Positions 1-13,700 of a DNA stretch of 64,000 nt are shown here, in pieces. The stretch covers positions 250,493 to 314,492 of the forward strand of contig NMRA01000092.1 in the NCBI GenBank assembly GCA_002633005.1, read 5' to 3'. A program made the translations under genes and the position numbers. Below the pieces are notes generated by a model. That model worked only from the letters and a program-made list of their open reading frames with translations, did no database searches and was not told the origin of the DNA. This stretch comes from Phoronis australis. Taxonomy: Eukaryota > Animalia > Phoronida. The stretch's first letter is position 1; the number at the start of each line of letters is the position of its first letter.

Positions 1-263
1 CGACCACATTTGACATAGTGTCGCTCGGTTCCATCCGTTCATTGAGCAACAAATTAAAACACATGTATGCTTAATTGTAAACTAAGCAACTCAAAAATGC
101 CCAAGAATCATTGAATCAAAACAGCTCAGTGTTCTCACAGCTGTTAGTGATGACTTGTTCACCGTGTAGTCGATCGTTATTCGCCGTGTTGTCTTTTTGC
201 TGTCAATTCTTCTTCATTTTTCTTTTGCCTGATGATGCTCTTAAGTAAGCGTGAAATTTGAAA

Positions 264-510
264 CATGCGCGCACCCAGGGGGGCCTCGGGGGGCTCGAAC
301 GAGCCCCACATTTGGCGAAGTGGGTAAAAAGGTCCGCCTGAGAGAAACGAAAAGTACGAGAAAATGAGACATAAGTCCACTAAAAAGGCGCTGACGCACA
401 GTTCACAGACCTGAAGGTGGTACCTTTTTTTAGTTCTCCCGCTTTTTTGTTAACAAAAGGTTCACTTTGTCAAAGATTCGAGCCCGTATTAAAGACTGGG
501 TGCGCGCATG
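264..510. mobile_element. MITE, CATGCGCGCACCCAG TIR family, copy 1
   Basis: TIRs CATGCGCGCACCCAG / CTGGGTGCGCGCATG; imperfect 5-bp flanks TGAAA/TGAAC; related copies at 8673 and 61821. Confidence 0.75.
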
Positions 511-1021
511 TGAACTATAAGTTTTTGCCAGCTGCGCTGGTTGTAAGATTTTGGATAATACTTCGTCCAAGAAGAAATATTGATAATAATAATACATAAT
601 GTTAATGCTCAACTTCAAACCGAACCTGTCTGTTTTGTGACGCTTCGATAGATTGCGTATAAAAGAGTAGAGATATGTTTTCTCCTTGGATTTAGTTGAG
701 GCTGGTATGAGTTTCGTTGTACAAGTTTTCGGTAGTGTCCGCCTGTATTGCATTACTTGTTCGTACATTGAACTTGTATTTTCGTAGCATTTGCCTCTAT
801 TTTGCTTATTGGCGTTTGGTATTTTTCAGTCCTCTACTGTTTTGTAACCTGGTGGCAAATGAAATTCTGCAAAGAAATGTGTTTGCACCAAAATGTTTTA
901 TTTAACTCTCGGTAAATTACGATATTAACAAGCAAATAAAGTTTTCTTAAAATAGTACAAAATATCACGGGTTTAATATATTTTTGCGCTAATTACATAC
1001 AAAATGATAATTAGTTAAGGA

Positions 1022-1279
1022 CCTGAGTTCCGTTCCATCAAAACTGACTTAGCTAAGACAAATCTAATAAATTTTAGTGAATTTTAAAATAAAAGTTAAA
1101 TTTGTCTCAAAATCAAATCAAGAAAGAGATCTTACGTCTGACTTAAGTGAATGACCTAAGTTTTGTCTTAATTTTTAACTAACTTTCCAAATGTGGAAGT
1201 TTCAAAGTTTGGAAGTTAAGACAAATCTTAGACTTAAGTCAAAAGTTAACTTAAGTCAGTTTCTTGGAACAGGCTCCTG
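1022..1279. mobile_element. MITE with about 30-bp imperfect TIRs
   Basis: CTGAGTTCCGTTCCATCAAAACTGACTTAG versus CTTAAGTCAGTTTCTTGGAACAGGCTCCTG, internal GACTTAAG repeats. Confidence 0.6.
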
Positions 1280-1300
1280 CTCACGAAAGTAATATTTGGT

Positions 1301-1409
1301 GGCAATAGTCTGATATAACGTGCCCGTATTTTGAGAACCAGTTTGATGCCCATTATTTAGTGGAGAAAACTGGTTCTCCAAATTCGGCACGTTACATCAT
1401 ACTATTACC
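1301..1409. mobile_element. 109-bp palindromic mini-element with 9-bp TSD (Mutator-type)
   Basis: About 43-bp arms GGCAATAGTCTGATATAACGTGCC...GAGAACCAGTTT / AAACTGGTTCTC...GGCACGTTACATCATACTATTACC; ATATTTGGT duplicated at 1292-1300 and 1410-1418. Confidence 0.8.
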
Positions 1410-1786
1410 ATATTTGGTTACTATTACAGTTGGTATAAATAAATAAACTAAATGAATCACTCATAGACTTACACTAAATACATGTTTAGATAAATGTAAA
1501 CTCTTACATTTTTATTTAATTGTAAGAATATCTATCACGATAATTCTTCACAAATTTGGCAGACTCATTCATTTGGTTAACACTAACATTAATTCCACTT
1601 GATTGTCTTCACCAGGTCGACCGGCTAAGATATCTGATTGGTCCATAAGCCGGAACTCGTCATCGCGAACCAATCAGATGTCTTAGGCGGTTGACCCCGC
1701 GAAATTGGCTAAGCCAATGAAAGCGCATGAACCAAAGCCTAATAACTTCGCATGACTGTAAAAGAGGCTCAAGTTTTGAATATTCC

Positions 1787-4700
1787 TCAATTATTTTGTT
1801 CACTCCTTGCCACACTGCTTTCATTATAAGCTTGGTTAGCAAAGAATGTGGGTTGGTCGGTAACTTTCCTTTTCTTACACTCGCACATATAGCGTTTAAG
1901 TTTTACATAAAAAGGCCTGATGGAGCCTTGGTTGCCTTCGGGGCCAAATGTACAAAGGAGTGCTGAGAACAGAAACAGGGACATCAACATGGAAAAACCT
2001 ATGGTGCAAAATATAAACATGCCAAATTGCATGAAGAACAGAATTTCAGCAAAGAACATGAAGAAAGAAGCTCCTAGAGTGGTGAAAGCGCCGGAGATGA
2101 TGGAAATTCCGACCTTCATCAGGGCGTCGCGTGTTCGCTCATGACGTGTTGGCGAAGTGGAGAGATGATAGGCCTCGGCTAGGTGGACGATGTAGTCAAC
2201 AGACAGCCCAACTACCAAACAGAGGTTAAGCGACTCCAAAAGCTAAAGGGAACAAAAACATGGTTGAAGACTAATCACAAATACAATAATGTCCAATCTG
2301 CCTTTCCCTCGGGTTGTCTGAAGAATTAATAGCCAGTGTCAAAATCTCGCAAGGAATTACAAAGAAATTTAGTTGTACGACACAGCACGTTTAGATGCAA
2401 ATGTTACGCCAAATCCTTGCCGAACTAATAAACATCAACTTGGCGACAGTGCTGGATGCATTTACGGAATCAATGAGCTTTATTCGGTCGGAGGCTTTGT
2501 CATGTGAACATTGGGAACGGTAAATTGCCATATAGAAAAAAAAAACAAAGGATTTCAGTACTCAGAACGTGAACCAAAAGATGGTTTTCGTAGATGACGC
2601 TACATGTAACTTTACAGAATTGTAACATTCGCCTGAAAAGTTTTGCTTCAATTCATATGTTCTGCGTTCACGCTTGGTCTACAGTACCATTAGAAAGACA
2701 CGTTGTATGCAACGCTGATGTTAAGAACTTATGCAGCGGCGGCAGGGCCGTGGAATGCTGAAAAATTATGCAACAATAAAACAGCTATTGTATTAGTGCC
2801 TGATGGCAACTGGTTCTGTTGAACGCGCGTGAACAGAAAGCGACTCACCCCCAGCTTCCAACCGCCAATGGGAATGACAGCAATGACGAAAGCACTGACG
2901 CAGCCCAACACCAGAGTTGACAAGATGGCGATAATGATGTTAAGCGTTCCTATGAATATTATGACGAAGGACAGGGCAAGACCTATGCCGATTCCTAGTA
3001 CTCCTTGTCGAGCCAGTGACTGTAACGGCAAAGTTCACCTGATTATCACAGAGAAGCAGCTGTGACTAGCCGTGTGGGTTCGGTAACGTTCATTGCCCCA
3101 AAACGCCTTATGCAAGCATTTACTCCTAGACGCTGTACGTTCTTTCCTCCACACCAATTTCGAAATGTCGGCGGAGAAACCTACTCATTGCTGCACCACG
3201 TAACAAGAAGATTTGTGCGTCTTTCTAGTCTTTGCAAACATTCGCCATTGTTTTGTAACATTGACAAGAGCAAATGAGCTATATCGTTCTACAATATTAA
3301 TCTGATCGAACATTTTCATTACGCGAACTATGACAGTTCTAATGAGCGTTACTGAATTTGCCTTTTTCGGTCACTCGCCTGCCATTATATGGCTGCATCC
3401 GTGGGACATCTATTTTCTGGCAGTCTTGAAATCCTGCCCGAGATATAACGCCTTTAAAGATCAAACCCTCACTTCCCCCCGTTGTTTGTGCTGGAGAAAG
3501 TATTCCACAATGAGTTATCATTTCTGCAATTTTTGTGACTGGTTCGTTCCGCACTCACTACCGGTGTCTCGAAATATTTGTTCCACCGCCTATAACGCAT
3601 CCCACCTCGAGGGTTGAGGCTTGTCTCGTCCATAGGAAGGGTCCTATTGAAAATTTGTAAATGAGGTAGAGATACCAAGGTGAGGCATCTCTTGGAGCGA
3701 ACTCCAGTTGAGAAAGTTTCAAGACTTACCTGCTGTACCATGTACCAATCCCATCGACCTGAAGTCTGCCAACCATTTCTAAGAGGCAATGGCATAGTCT
3801 TCATCTGAAAACAAGAGTCGACGTGCCACTTCATGTTCAACGTAACAGCAAATCAAGGTTTATACTTAGGTTAAAAGTTTTATAACAATCACAATGCGTG
3901 TCTAAACACAGATTTTCAAAAAGCAGCAGGGCCCCAGCTTTAAGGTGTTGATAATGGGAGTTGCAGCCATTGTGACTAGTGGACATATATGAACAAGGAT
4001 CGCTTACCTTAGCGTTGATAAAGTCTTCCCATTTCTCCATCAGCGCGATTCCTTTCTGCAACAACAGCTGTCGTGATGTTTCATATGTGGTGATCTTAAT
4101 TCCCGCAAATTTGGCTTTGGTTTGGTAAAATTCATCAGAAGAATCGACTGGAAAGCCAGTAGATTACACGGTTAACAGATATTCGAATTGAGCTTGTTTG
4201 TCAATATTATATTGAGGGTTACACTAAAACACTTTGACATTAATATAGAACAGGGGTCATATGGTCAAAAATGACGTCTCGTCTCTGTCTTCAAGTTTTT
4301 AAGAAATATCTGAGACTGGCACGTGGCGATTTTACCAGAAGTCGACAGGTTCACAAATGAAATTAAACTTTAAAATGAGTAATGATCGATAATTAGTAAC
4401 ATGTAGCAACAAACCGTAATTCTTGTGCAGATTGGTTCTTCCTATTCTGCGAAGGCCAACGTAATTCTTAGCCGAGGAGATTTCGTCATTTTCAGTGTCA
4501 GTGAATGAAAGCGTCCCATGCCCACGTTTTATCCAATATTGATAGGCAACCTAGCGTCAGAAAAATGGCGCAATATTGTATTTGCAAAGACAAACATTGA
4601 ACTATATATTTTTGTGACGGACAACATGGTAACAGTATTATGCCTCAAGAAAATTCGTGTTATTCGATGAGGTAAACAAAAACGAAACACGAGTTGTTAG

Positions 4701-7700
4701 AGATGACATGATTCACGGCGATATTTAAAAGCAGAAAGGCTAAAAATTGCTGGGAAGCAGACATTGAATTTCATCGAACTTTACACAGGGAAGGTTGACA
4801 TCTATTTCCTCACACCTTTCCCGCTTGCGCTAACACTTTCACCTCCCCCAGTCGTCACTACTCGTTTAGCTCGCCCTCACCTCGCGTTACTTTTTCCATT
4901 ATTTGCTCACGGCTGCAAATTACTGGGTAGCTTTTTACCTAAGGTTTAACCCGGCACATGCTTATGACATAAACCAGATAATACATAGAGAAACAATTTT
5001 GCTTGTTAACAAAATTCAAAAATGTTCAATCTATAGATCAGTCCAGTACCTCAAATGGTCTTGAGATGTAGTCCATAGCGTCAGACCTGAACACGTCTGG
5101 TGAAACTCTAACGAGCTCTTCAAGATTCTTACGAGTGATGGGAATAGAGATGGACACGTTCGGATGTGTAGAACTCAGGTTCTGAAATTTTAAATTGTAA
5201 GTAAGTTAAAGGAATATGCAAGATTCGATTGCCTACAATTCAGTGGGAATGTAACCTTATGATGCTGCCTAATTACTAACATCACCAATCGAGTGCTTAG
5301 TATGTGTATTTGGTTTCGTATCGCTCACAACTGAAATCCGCCAAAACTGATGACTATATAAATGCTTTCAACAAAATGTCGTTGCGCATCTTTGAGAATT
5401 AAACTGTCAACGGCAAACATTTTCAGGGGGTCGCCGGGCATTTTGGTCGTGTTTACTTTGATTGCGTGTTGCTGTACAAATTGAACAAACACGCGATCCT
5501 TTGGAGAAATTGGTAGATTTCCACAACAGACCTGCTCCACATTTCATCCAGGTCCCTAATTTTTAGTAGCCTCCACGTGGAACGCCGTGTATGTATGCAA
5601 AATGAATTGTGGGAAATTGCGCTATTGACAGCAAAACAAATTTTTCAGTTAACAACTGGAGAAAACGAATTTCCCATAATTTGTAGTTTTCAACATACAC
5701 GAGGGGGCCTATAAAGAGGTCCATGAGAAGCTCAGGCTACCGGAACGACACGGCTGCCGCACCCATCAACATAGTTCCTTCACCAACATACATATGGCTC
5801 ACGAGACGGTACAAATTTATGACTAGTGTTGCAGCCATGTTGCTCGGGTAGTCTGCAAGGTACACATCGTTTGTGTATCCATGTTATATAACTACGAACA
5901 CATTGTCATGAAAAACATTTTGAAATAATACAGCTGTCATGTTTTAACTTAAAAGTAGCTAGAATTAAGAGAATTATATGATTCATTTCGACTGTCTTTC
6001 CTTTTCTGTCATGCCAGAAACTGAACTCTCACCTTAAAGAACCTGTTCATGTCATCAATAAAACAATCCACGTCATTCTGTGACAGGTCATCTGGGTCCG
6101 CCCGGATATGCAAATTGTCTTTTTGGCGTCCTGTCATGTTTTTGAGCTCATGGCAAAAATTCTGAAAGTACACGCGCAAACACGATTTTCAGACGAAGAC
6201 ACCATATAGCTCAAGATCCCAAAACTTGCCCGGCGTTTGGCACCAAAGCACAAGAACACACGGCAACAAATGATACTTTTACGCCGCGCGATTGTGCGGC
6301 TACTTCTATCGCCTGGAAAATGTTACCGATTTGCACTGCGTAAGTATAAGGCCAAAAAAACCACAACTGGTCTGGTCTCTGTTTTTTCTTTTGAAAATCA
6401 AATTGACATTTCTTAGTTGCTCACCTTTTCAAAAAATAAAATCCACCCGAGACGAACAAAAAGATGCGGGGTCTGTTTTTTTATATGCGCTAACTGCGAA
6501 GCGATACCGAAGCTAGTTTACAGTGAAACAACACATGTAGTTGAGATAAAAGGTCATACATATTACGACAAACTAAACTACTACAGATATCAGTAATTAC
6601 AAAAGTTATATAACATGTTGCACTGTAAAGGTGGGTGACAATCTGCGAAACAATATGCGGAAGAATAACAGCAACACCGGGACAGCGACATGTGAAATTT
6701 GAGGATAACAGGGAAAGGATGAAAATTGGTTTGAGGGAGGGAGGGAAAGAGAAATTGAGTGAAAAATGAAAGTTGGAGAGAATTGTGGACGATGGCCCAG
6801 TGTTGCAACAAGACAAAGAGATCACGTGGTACAATTAAACCAATAATCGTAAAACAAAGAGGGTCACTGACCTGAGAATCCAAACAATATGATAATGAGG
6901 AGGAGGCAGTATAGCTTACATAAAATAATTTAATACTTAAATAATTTTTATATGCGCTAACTGCGAAGCGATACCGAAGCTAGTTTACAGTGAAACAACA
7001 CATGTAGTTGAGATAAAAGGTCATATATATTATGACAAACTAAACTACTACAGATATCGGTAATTACAAAAGTTATATAACATGTTGCACTGTAAAGGTG
7101 GGTGACAATCTGCCACAGATGCAGCAGAAAGATGCATCCGCCCACCCATCGTTTGGCGTCATGGCGTCTCAAACCTTGCTCACCTTTGCTTACGTTTGGG
7201 CAGATTTTCAAAAAATAACACATTGCTGAAATTGATGCGGGCGGGCGTTTTTGTTGGTGAACACAGGTCTCAAAATAAGTATGGATAGAGACCAAAAGCA
7301 ACTACGATTTTTTGTCCTATAAGTAAATATATAATCAGGTGAGCAAATTTAAGTGAAAGTACCATACGTACCAATAGAGCTACTTGACTCTCCGGTGAGT
7401 CAAGAGTAAATGCAGTGTCCCAAACTGTTTTTCCTTCACACCAGTTATAAGGGTCCCAGCGCCTAACCGGGCAATCCGATCTGTCTTGCAGGCCCAAACC
7501 CCAGAATACCTCCACGGAGACTTTCCTATCGCCACTGTTTTCCATGAATGCTTCACTTATTTTGGTCCTGGCCACTTCAAACACGTTGTGCGAACGGAAG
7601 ACTTTGATCTTTAAAATAACAAAACATGACCTACACTGCAATGAACCCGCCTTCTGTCAAAAACAACTTTTAATTTGACCGCTTAGTGTCGTATTTTCCC

Positions 7701-10700
7701 TTGATACTCAGATTGTAAAGGATTTCTGGAGATGGAAAGAACCAGAGGTTCGTTATTGTCTAAGACCTGGAACATGGATTATGAAAATCACCTAAGACCT
7801 GGAACATGGTTTATGAAAATCACCTGACTAAAAGGTAACTGTAAACCTTATTTAGCAGGTCGCACTGATGTGCAAATGTCTTATTTTAATAAATTCTGTT
7901 AGCTGTAACCCCTACAAAGTATACATTTTCTGAAAGGTGAATCAATTTCCTAACAAAATTATTACTTTTATTTACTTGTCGTTATTTTTTCACAAAATGT
8001 CCATTTTTGTATTTTTTTTACTTTGAACAGAATCATTTTGAAAATTCTGTTTCTCCAATCAACTGGTCTTTTGTAAACGTGTTGATAACGGCATTTTCGA
8101 GGGAAAAGTGTCTCTGATTTTTGAAATAAGTCTTAGTATTTTAATTATGTACTTTTTAGAGTATTTTGAGCAAAAACTGCTGTATTCTTGATTTTTTGAA
8201 GGCTTCGTTTTCAAACACTGTGGGCTGAACTAGGTCAACGTGGCTTTCTCGAGGGTTGGTGCAAGGTGGACGTGGTGTAAATAAAATACAGAACCGAAAC
8301 ATGGAGAATTTTCGAAGGGCACTGTAAGAAATACCGAGAGAATTGTGCTACGAGGTTAGTCGAGAATTGACCGAGCTCAGATTTATAGCCATGATTTCAT
8401 GTTTCTACAAAAATTTGGTCTTACACTTCCACTTCAGATGCTAAAAATGTTTAGCCAAGTACGTATGAGCGCATCTCAGTCTAGATTAACATAAATTATC
8501 TCAGTCTTACATATATTCTCAAACACTTTGCACTTTTGCTTTGGTGAGCTTTAATTGTTTTTCAGAAGCATTTGCTCGCAGCATAAGACAAAATTTCAGT
8601 CTCAAGATCACGTACTAACGAAATGCCAATCCTACCCGTGTCCAGAAATTCCTTCAATCTACTGTACAGAAGCATGCGCGCACCCAGCCTAAAAAGTAGG
8701 GGGGTGGGTTCGAATTTTTGTGAATGTGGACTTTTTAAAAAAAGGGTCTGTTCAGTGCTATGAATTGTACATTTTAGTGGACTGTTGTCCCGTTTTCTAC
8801 TTTTTCGGACTTTTTGTTTCTCTGAGGCGGACTTTTTACCCATTTCGAGCTACCCCCCAACCTTCCTGGGTGCGCACATGCAGAAGTCAGAAATGTGAAT
8901 AAGGAATAGTACGAGAAGACGGTAAGCGGGGACCGTCTAAATCAATTAGTTTGGCGTGTCTGTTGGCGGGAAATGGCGGATTCAATGGACCTTTAAGGAT
9001 TGACAGGGATGTCTTCGAACGACTCTCATTGGGAAAAAGCAATATTCAAGGGAAATCAACGGGAAAATTTATGCAGAAATACCAATGAATTCAAGTCGGC
9101 CCACAATCTAAATGTGAGAAATTATGAAAGTTAAAAATTAGCAATTAAATTGTAAATAGATAAATGGGGACTTCGGTGCGATGATCATTTGATACATGCA
9201 TCTATAATAGGAACATAACACATTGTTAAAACCATTGCATTTTTTTCAACCATTTCTCAATAATTGTTCGTTTTGAGTTACCAGTCTCAAATTGTTCCTT
9301 AGTTAAATTTAAGGCGAATTGAGGAATTCGAAGAACTGGCAGAAAGTTGTTGCTTGAGATTGGGCTCTATGAGTTGCCTAGTTACGGATCTCATTTCATG
9401 CATTTCAAGGAATAGCGAAGTGTCAGTTCTATCGATACCTAAAAATCATTTCTCATTTGATCAAGGAACACGTTGGCGCCAACAAGCAATAAGTAAGCTA
9501 AACTTTTCTTCTTAGACGGAACATAGGTTTGAACCACTTTAACGATAGCTATTTTCTGTCATTTATCCACGGTGGAATCATTGCTCAATATTTCTGAACG
9601 AACGGTAACCCTCGAAAGCAAGATTTACACGAAACCCCCTATGCGTAAATAATAGACGGTTTTCGCCTACCTGATTGTTGTTGTCACTCTCCAGTATGGA
9701 ACAAAAGTAGATAGCGCCAGCCGTTAAACCGATACATACAGAAATGATTATCCACTTGGCAATTTTGTGCGAGACAAAATTGAAAAAGTATCCGCCGAAG
9801 AATCCAGATATAAGAGTGACTTTGGATCGTTTACGTTCTTCTTCTCCGCCGGAGGATTTTTGAAGATTCTCGGTTGATTCGTTGCGGCGAAATGCATCGT
9901 CGTCTTCTTCGTAAGACAACGAACCTGCTTCCTGTTTCAGACAGCAGCAAGACCGACAACAGCAACATACGTTCTTTTCAAAGTAGAGATGATGCGTGAT
10001 GACAACCGTTGGGAAAAATACAATGACCGAAATATAGTTCACCAGAATTGTTGTGCCTGCAAATACCCCAAATGCCGACACAGAAAGAAGAGGTGAAAAC
10101 CCGCTCACGAAGAAAGCTACCATGGTGGTCAATGACGTAACCAACATGGTTAAAGCCGCTCGTCGGAAACATTCCGATAAACGTTGTTCCAAAGTAAACG
10201 AAGGTTTATCAAGCAAACGCCACGTGTCGATGAAAACAAAAATGTCGTCTGCACCAACACCTAACACAATAAAAATGGCCAACACATTGAATATGCCAAA
10301 GAACTTGAAATCAAAAACGAGATTATACACAAGGTTGCCGGCGACGAAACAGGTAACAACACTCAATAGACCCCATCCGGTTATCCACAGCGAAGACGAC
10401 TGGAACCACATGAAGAAGAATATGAACAAAACGCTTCCCATAAGCCAATACCAGTCTTTGAACACTTGCCTGAACGCTTCTTGGTAGTACAAATTATTTC
10501 CCAAAAATACGAAGCGTAAATCATCGAGACCTTTTCGGTAATGGTTTTTAAACCTAGGCACCAGATCTTTGTAAGCCCAGTTTTGCCATATTTTCATTTC
10601 CTCTGCTCTGGACTTTTCCCATCGATCAAGAAATTCAGGATACGGACGGCCATAGTAGAGAAAGGAACGAGTGATGTCTGACTTAACAGACGAGTTTGTT

Positions 10701-13700
10701 ATTGTAGCGTTCGAGCTAAGGAAATACTTGACCGTATCGCGGTGTTTTTCATGCCAGTAGGCTTTTGCTAATGATCCTGGCACGTCAGTGAAACTCGGAT
10801 CGTAAAGATCAGCATCCAGTGAGCCGTCAAAGACACGAAGTACGGAGAAGAAGGGCCGGCACTGATACGTATTGAAAATTGACATCAGTTGGCAGAATCG
10901 TTTCTGAAACGTCTCGTTGTTGTAAAGATTATACTCCAGCTTCGCTATCGTTTTTAAATTTTCCTTCGTGAACACGTTTCCGCCCTCAACTTCGTATATA
11001 ACTTGTATCGTTGCCAGGTGGTATCTTCTTTCCCAGATATCATCCTCATCATCAGAGCTATTCGTTTCGCGTTTAGAACGGTGTAAAATTTCTCCACCTT
11101 CCACTTCGTCAGCCATCCATTGACGTTCTTGTGTTAGAGTGTATTCGAAGTCATCTAGAGGATTGACTGAATTTCGAAGTTTGTCCAGTGAAAGACGGAG
11201 GATATTCGCCGAACGTTTTCGACGCGTATCGGTCTTTTCGATCACTTGTCTTGCACCTGGAGGTTCCAGTTCTTCATCAGTATCCAAGTCACTGAACTTG
11301 TACGAATCCGCCTACCAAAAAGACAAAGTGAATCTAGCAACAACGTAACTAGCTGCATTTGAAATCCAAAATACTAGTAATAGTATCATTTACTTCGGTC
11401 AAACCATTCACTGTATGGGCGCACTGGCTCTAATATACAAATACGCACGTGCATATCAGACCATCCCGGCTTCCAACAAAGTATAATGCCACGAAGTGTT
11501 TATCTGTTGGGGTTTCCTGATGGTTCAACAAAGAGTGCGTTTGCTATCAAAAATGTTCACAAGTTTCCAGTGCGGTGTCGGATTTAAAGTTTCTTCGTTA
11601 CCCCTAAGTTTTAAAATTTCTGAGGGCTATTGTATTTTGAGCTGCCGTCGTCACACTTCCTTCCATCGGACGTCACAATTTTCAAGCTACTCCCTAACAG
11701 TCTCCACAATTGGTAGACCGCACCAAATTACGGGATTTCCCAAAACCTGATACATAAATGAAATTGTCGACATTGAATGTTAAAACCCAAGATCGTCGAA
11801 AATGGCTTTAGTAGTAAACGTTCTAGCTTTTCTTTAATTAGGTAACTTAAAATTCAAAAGACATTCTGATTACACCCATACATACGTCGAAAGTTGTAAT
11901 TTTAACCCTCGGATAACACACTGCAAAATTTTGACCATGATGGAAAATCGCTTCCATTGATAACGAGCTCAAACGTTGGAACAAGAATGGACGATACGAA
12001 CTGCTAGTGTTACAGTTTACAGTGGCATTACAGTCGTGCTTTCTTTCAAAAAAAAACCGAGTAGTTCGTCATTTCTTCAGACCAAGGTCACAAAATTTCA
12101 GGTCACGCCATGTCCGTTGTTTACAAGCCAAGAAACCACACCTACTTTGACTAAGAAACAAGCTGTGACCAATTCCATAACGAAAAGCGGATTGAATAAA
12201 AACATTTTTTGACAAAAAGCTCGAGTTTAATGCCGCTTTAAGAACTTCAGTTTGTGGAAGTACATTAATAGTTGCTATAGTGGGAAGGCAAAGGTCAAAG
12301 TGTATGTAGGTAAGTGTACGACGGCTTTATACCAGTTAATAAAATGTGTTACAAAAACTTACCTCGTCTCGAAGAAAGTATTTATCGTGATTGATTTGCA
12401 TTGGCAAATCGTTGAACACTAGCGGCAAGATGTCGTAATTGGCCGCAAACAAAACCCCTGTGATGGCACACATTAAGAGATGACCACCAAGAGTTAACCC
12501 TGCAATTATAAATGAAGTTGGCGGTCACGGTAGAAAGGTACTAGAATGGTATGGAAATAACACTGCAGCAGACTCTAGCACTGAAACTGAGAAACAACCA
12601 CCTCACACATAACATAATCTTCTTGTTTTTTTCTTATTTATTTCTCATATATCACAATTGCTAGGTCGTTAATTTTGTTATTTGTTACGTAAGAGATCGT
12701 TCAGCTTCATCGCCGTTAATTCTTCGCTTAAAACCTTCAATAGTTTAGTTACGGTAATGAAAATAATTGAGATATGTTAACTAAAGTCCCGTGGCAACGC
12801 GAATTAAATTCTTCTCAGGTTGAACGAAGTATTTTTATTTGTTATGGTGGCGATTGATGAAATTAAATTGTTTGTTCTGTGTCATACTGAAGCTACGTGA
12901 ACAAAAAGGTTGTCTTCGATGACCTGTTTACAAAGATTTGTAAAAGTGCTTTAATCTAAAAACCCCCTTTACAAAATTTACCTACAAGTACCTAGCACAG
13001 TGATGACAAAGCAGCAAGCTATGTCACTATAAATAATATATACATATGTGTGTGTGCGTGTGCGTGTGTGTGCGCGTGCGTGTGTGTATATATAGGCTGC
13101 AGTTTTGTGAGACCCCATGAAATCGTGATTCGCAACAGGTTGAACTTTAATACAGATTTCCGTGACATCTTGGAACCAATCTTGTGTTACCTCCTGAAGG
13201 TCAGCATCTTTTGTGCGCAAAGCAAAGGCGTGTATTCCATACAGGTACGCACGCGTAAGTCGCAGAAGGTAGAATCAAAGAATTGCGACGTTGTTTGAAT
13301 CGACGGTTTACATTCAACTATGATTTTGCCTGTAAAATGGCTTGGAAGCAATACAATGCACTTAAAAATCTACTGAGCCGATAAATACTCCAATCGATTC
13401 ATCGTATCGCGGAAGGGCCGGGATTTAAATCCTGGGATAACTATTCCCGTAATCCGTCGTAGTGGTTACTATACTACAATGATCCACCCTGGGATCGCAT
13501 TGTTAGCGTCCGACCCTTTCTGAGGATGCAAATCCCCTTTCCAACTGAAGCAAAATCAATATCTGAGCAGTCATTCAGTATGGGGACGAGCTTGGAAAAT
13601 AATTACCAAACATGAGCTTGGGCCGGTTGACGACCACTTTGCACCACCATATAACGTTGGCGTTATTGTGAGTTTCATCTTGCTCCGCCACCGGGTTTTG

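Noticed and set aside
225-265. Possible hammerhead ribozyme core CTGATGA...GAAA
   Set aside because: Stem II lacks the closing purine-pyrimidine pair and no stems I/III with a cleavage triplet could be formed.
10053-10487. Plus-strand ORFs opposite coding exons (also 1920-2144, 2829-3065, 60592-60933 minus)
   Set aside because: Antisense shadows of real hydrophobic or long coding exons.
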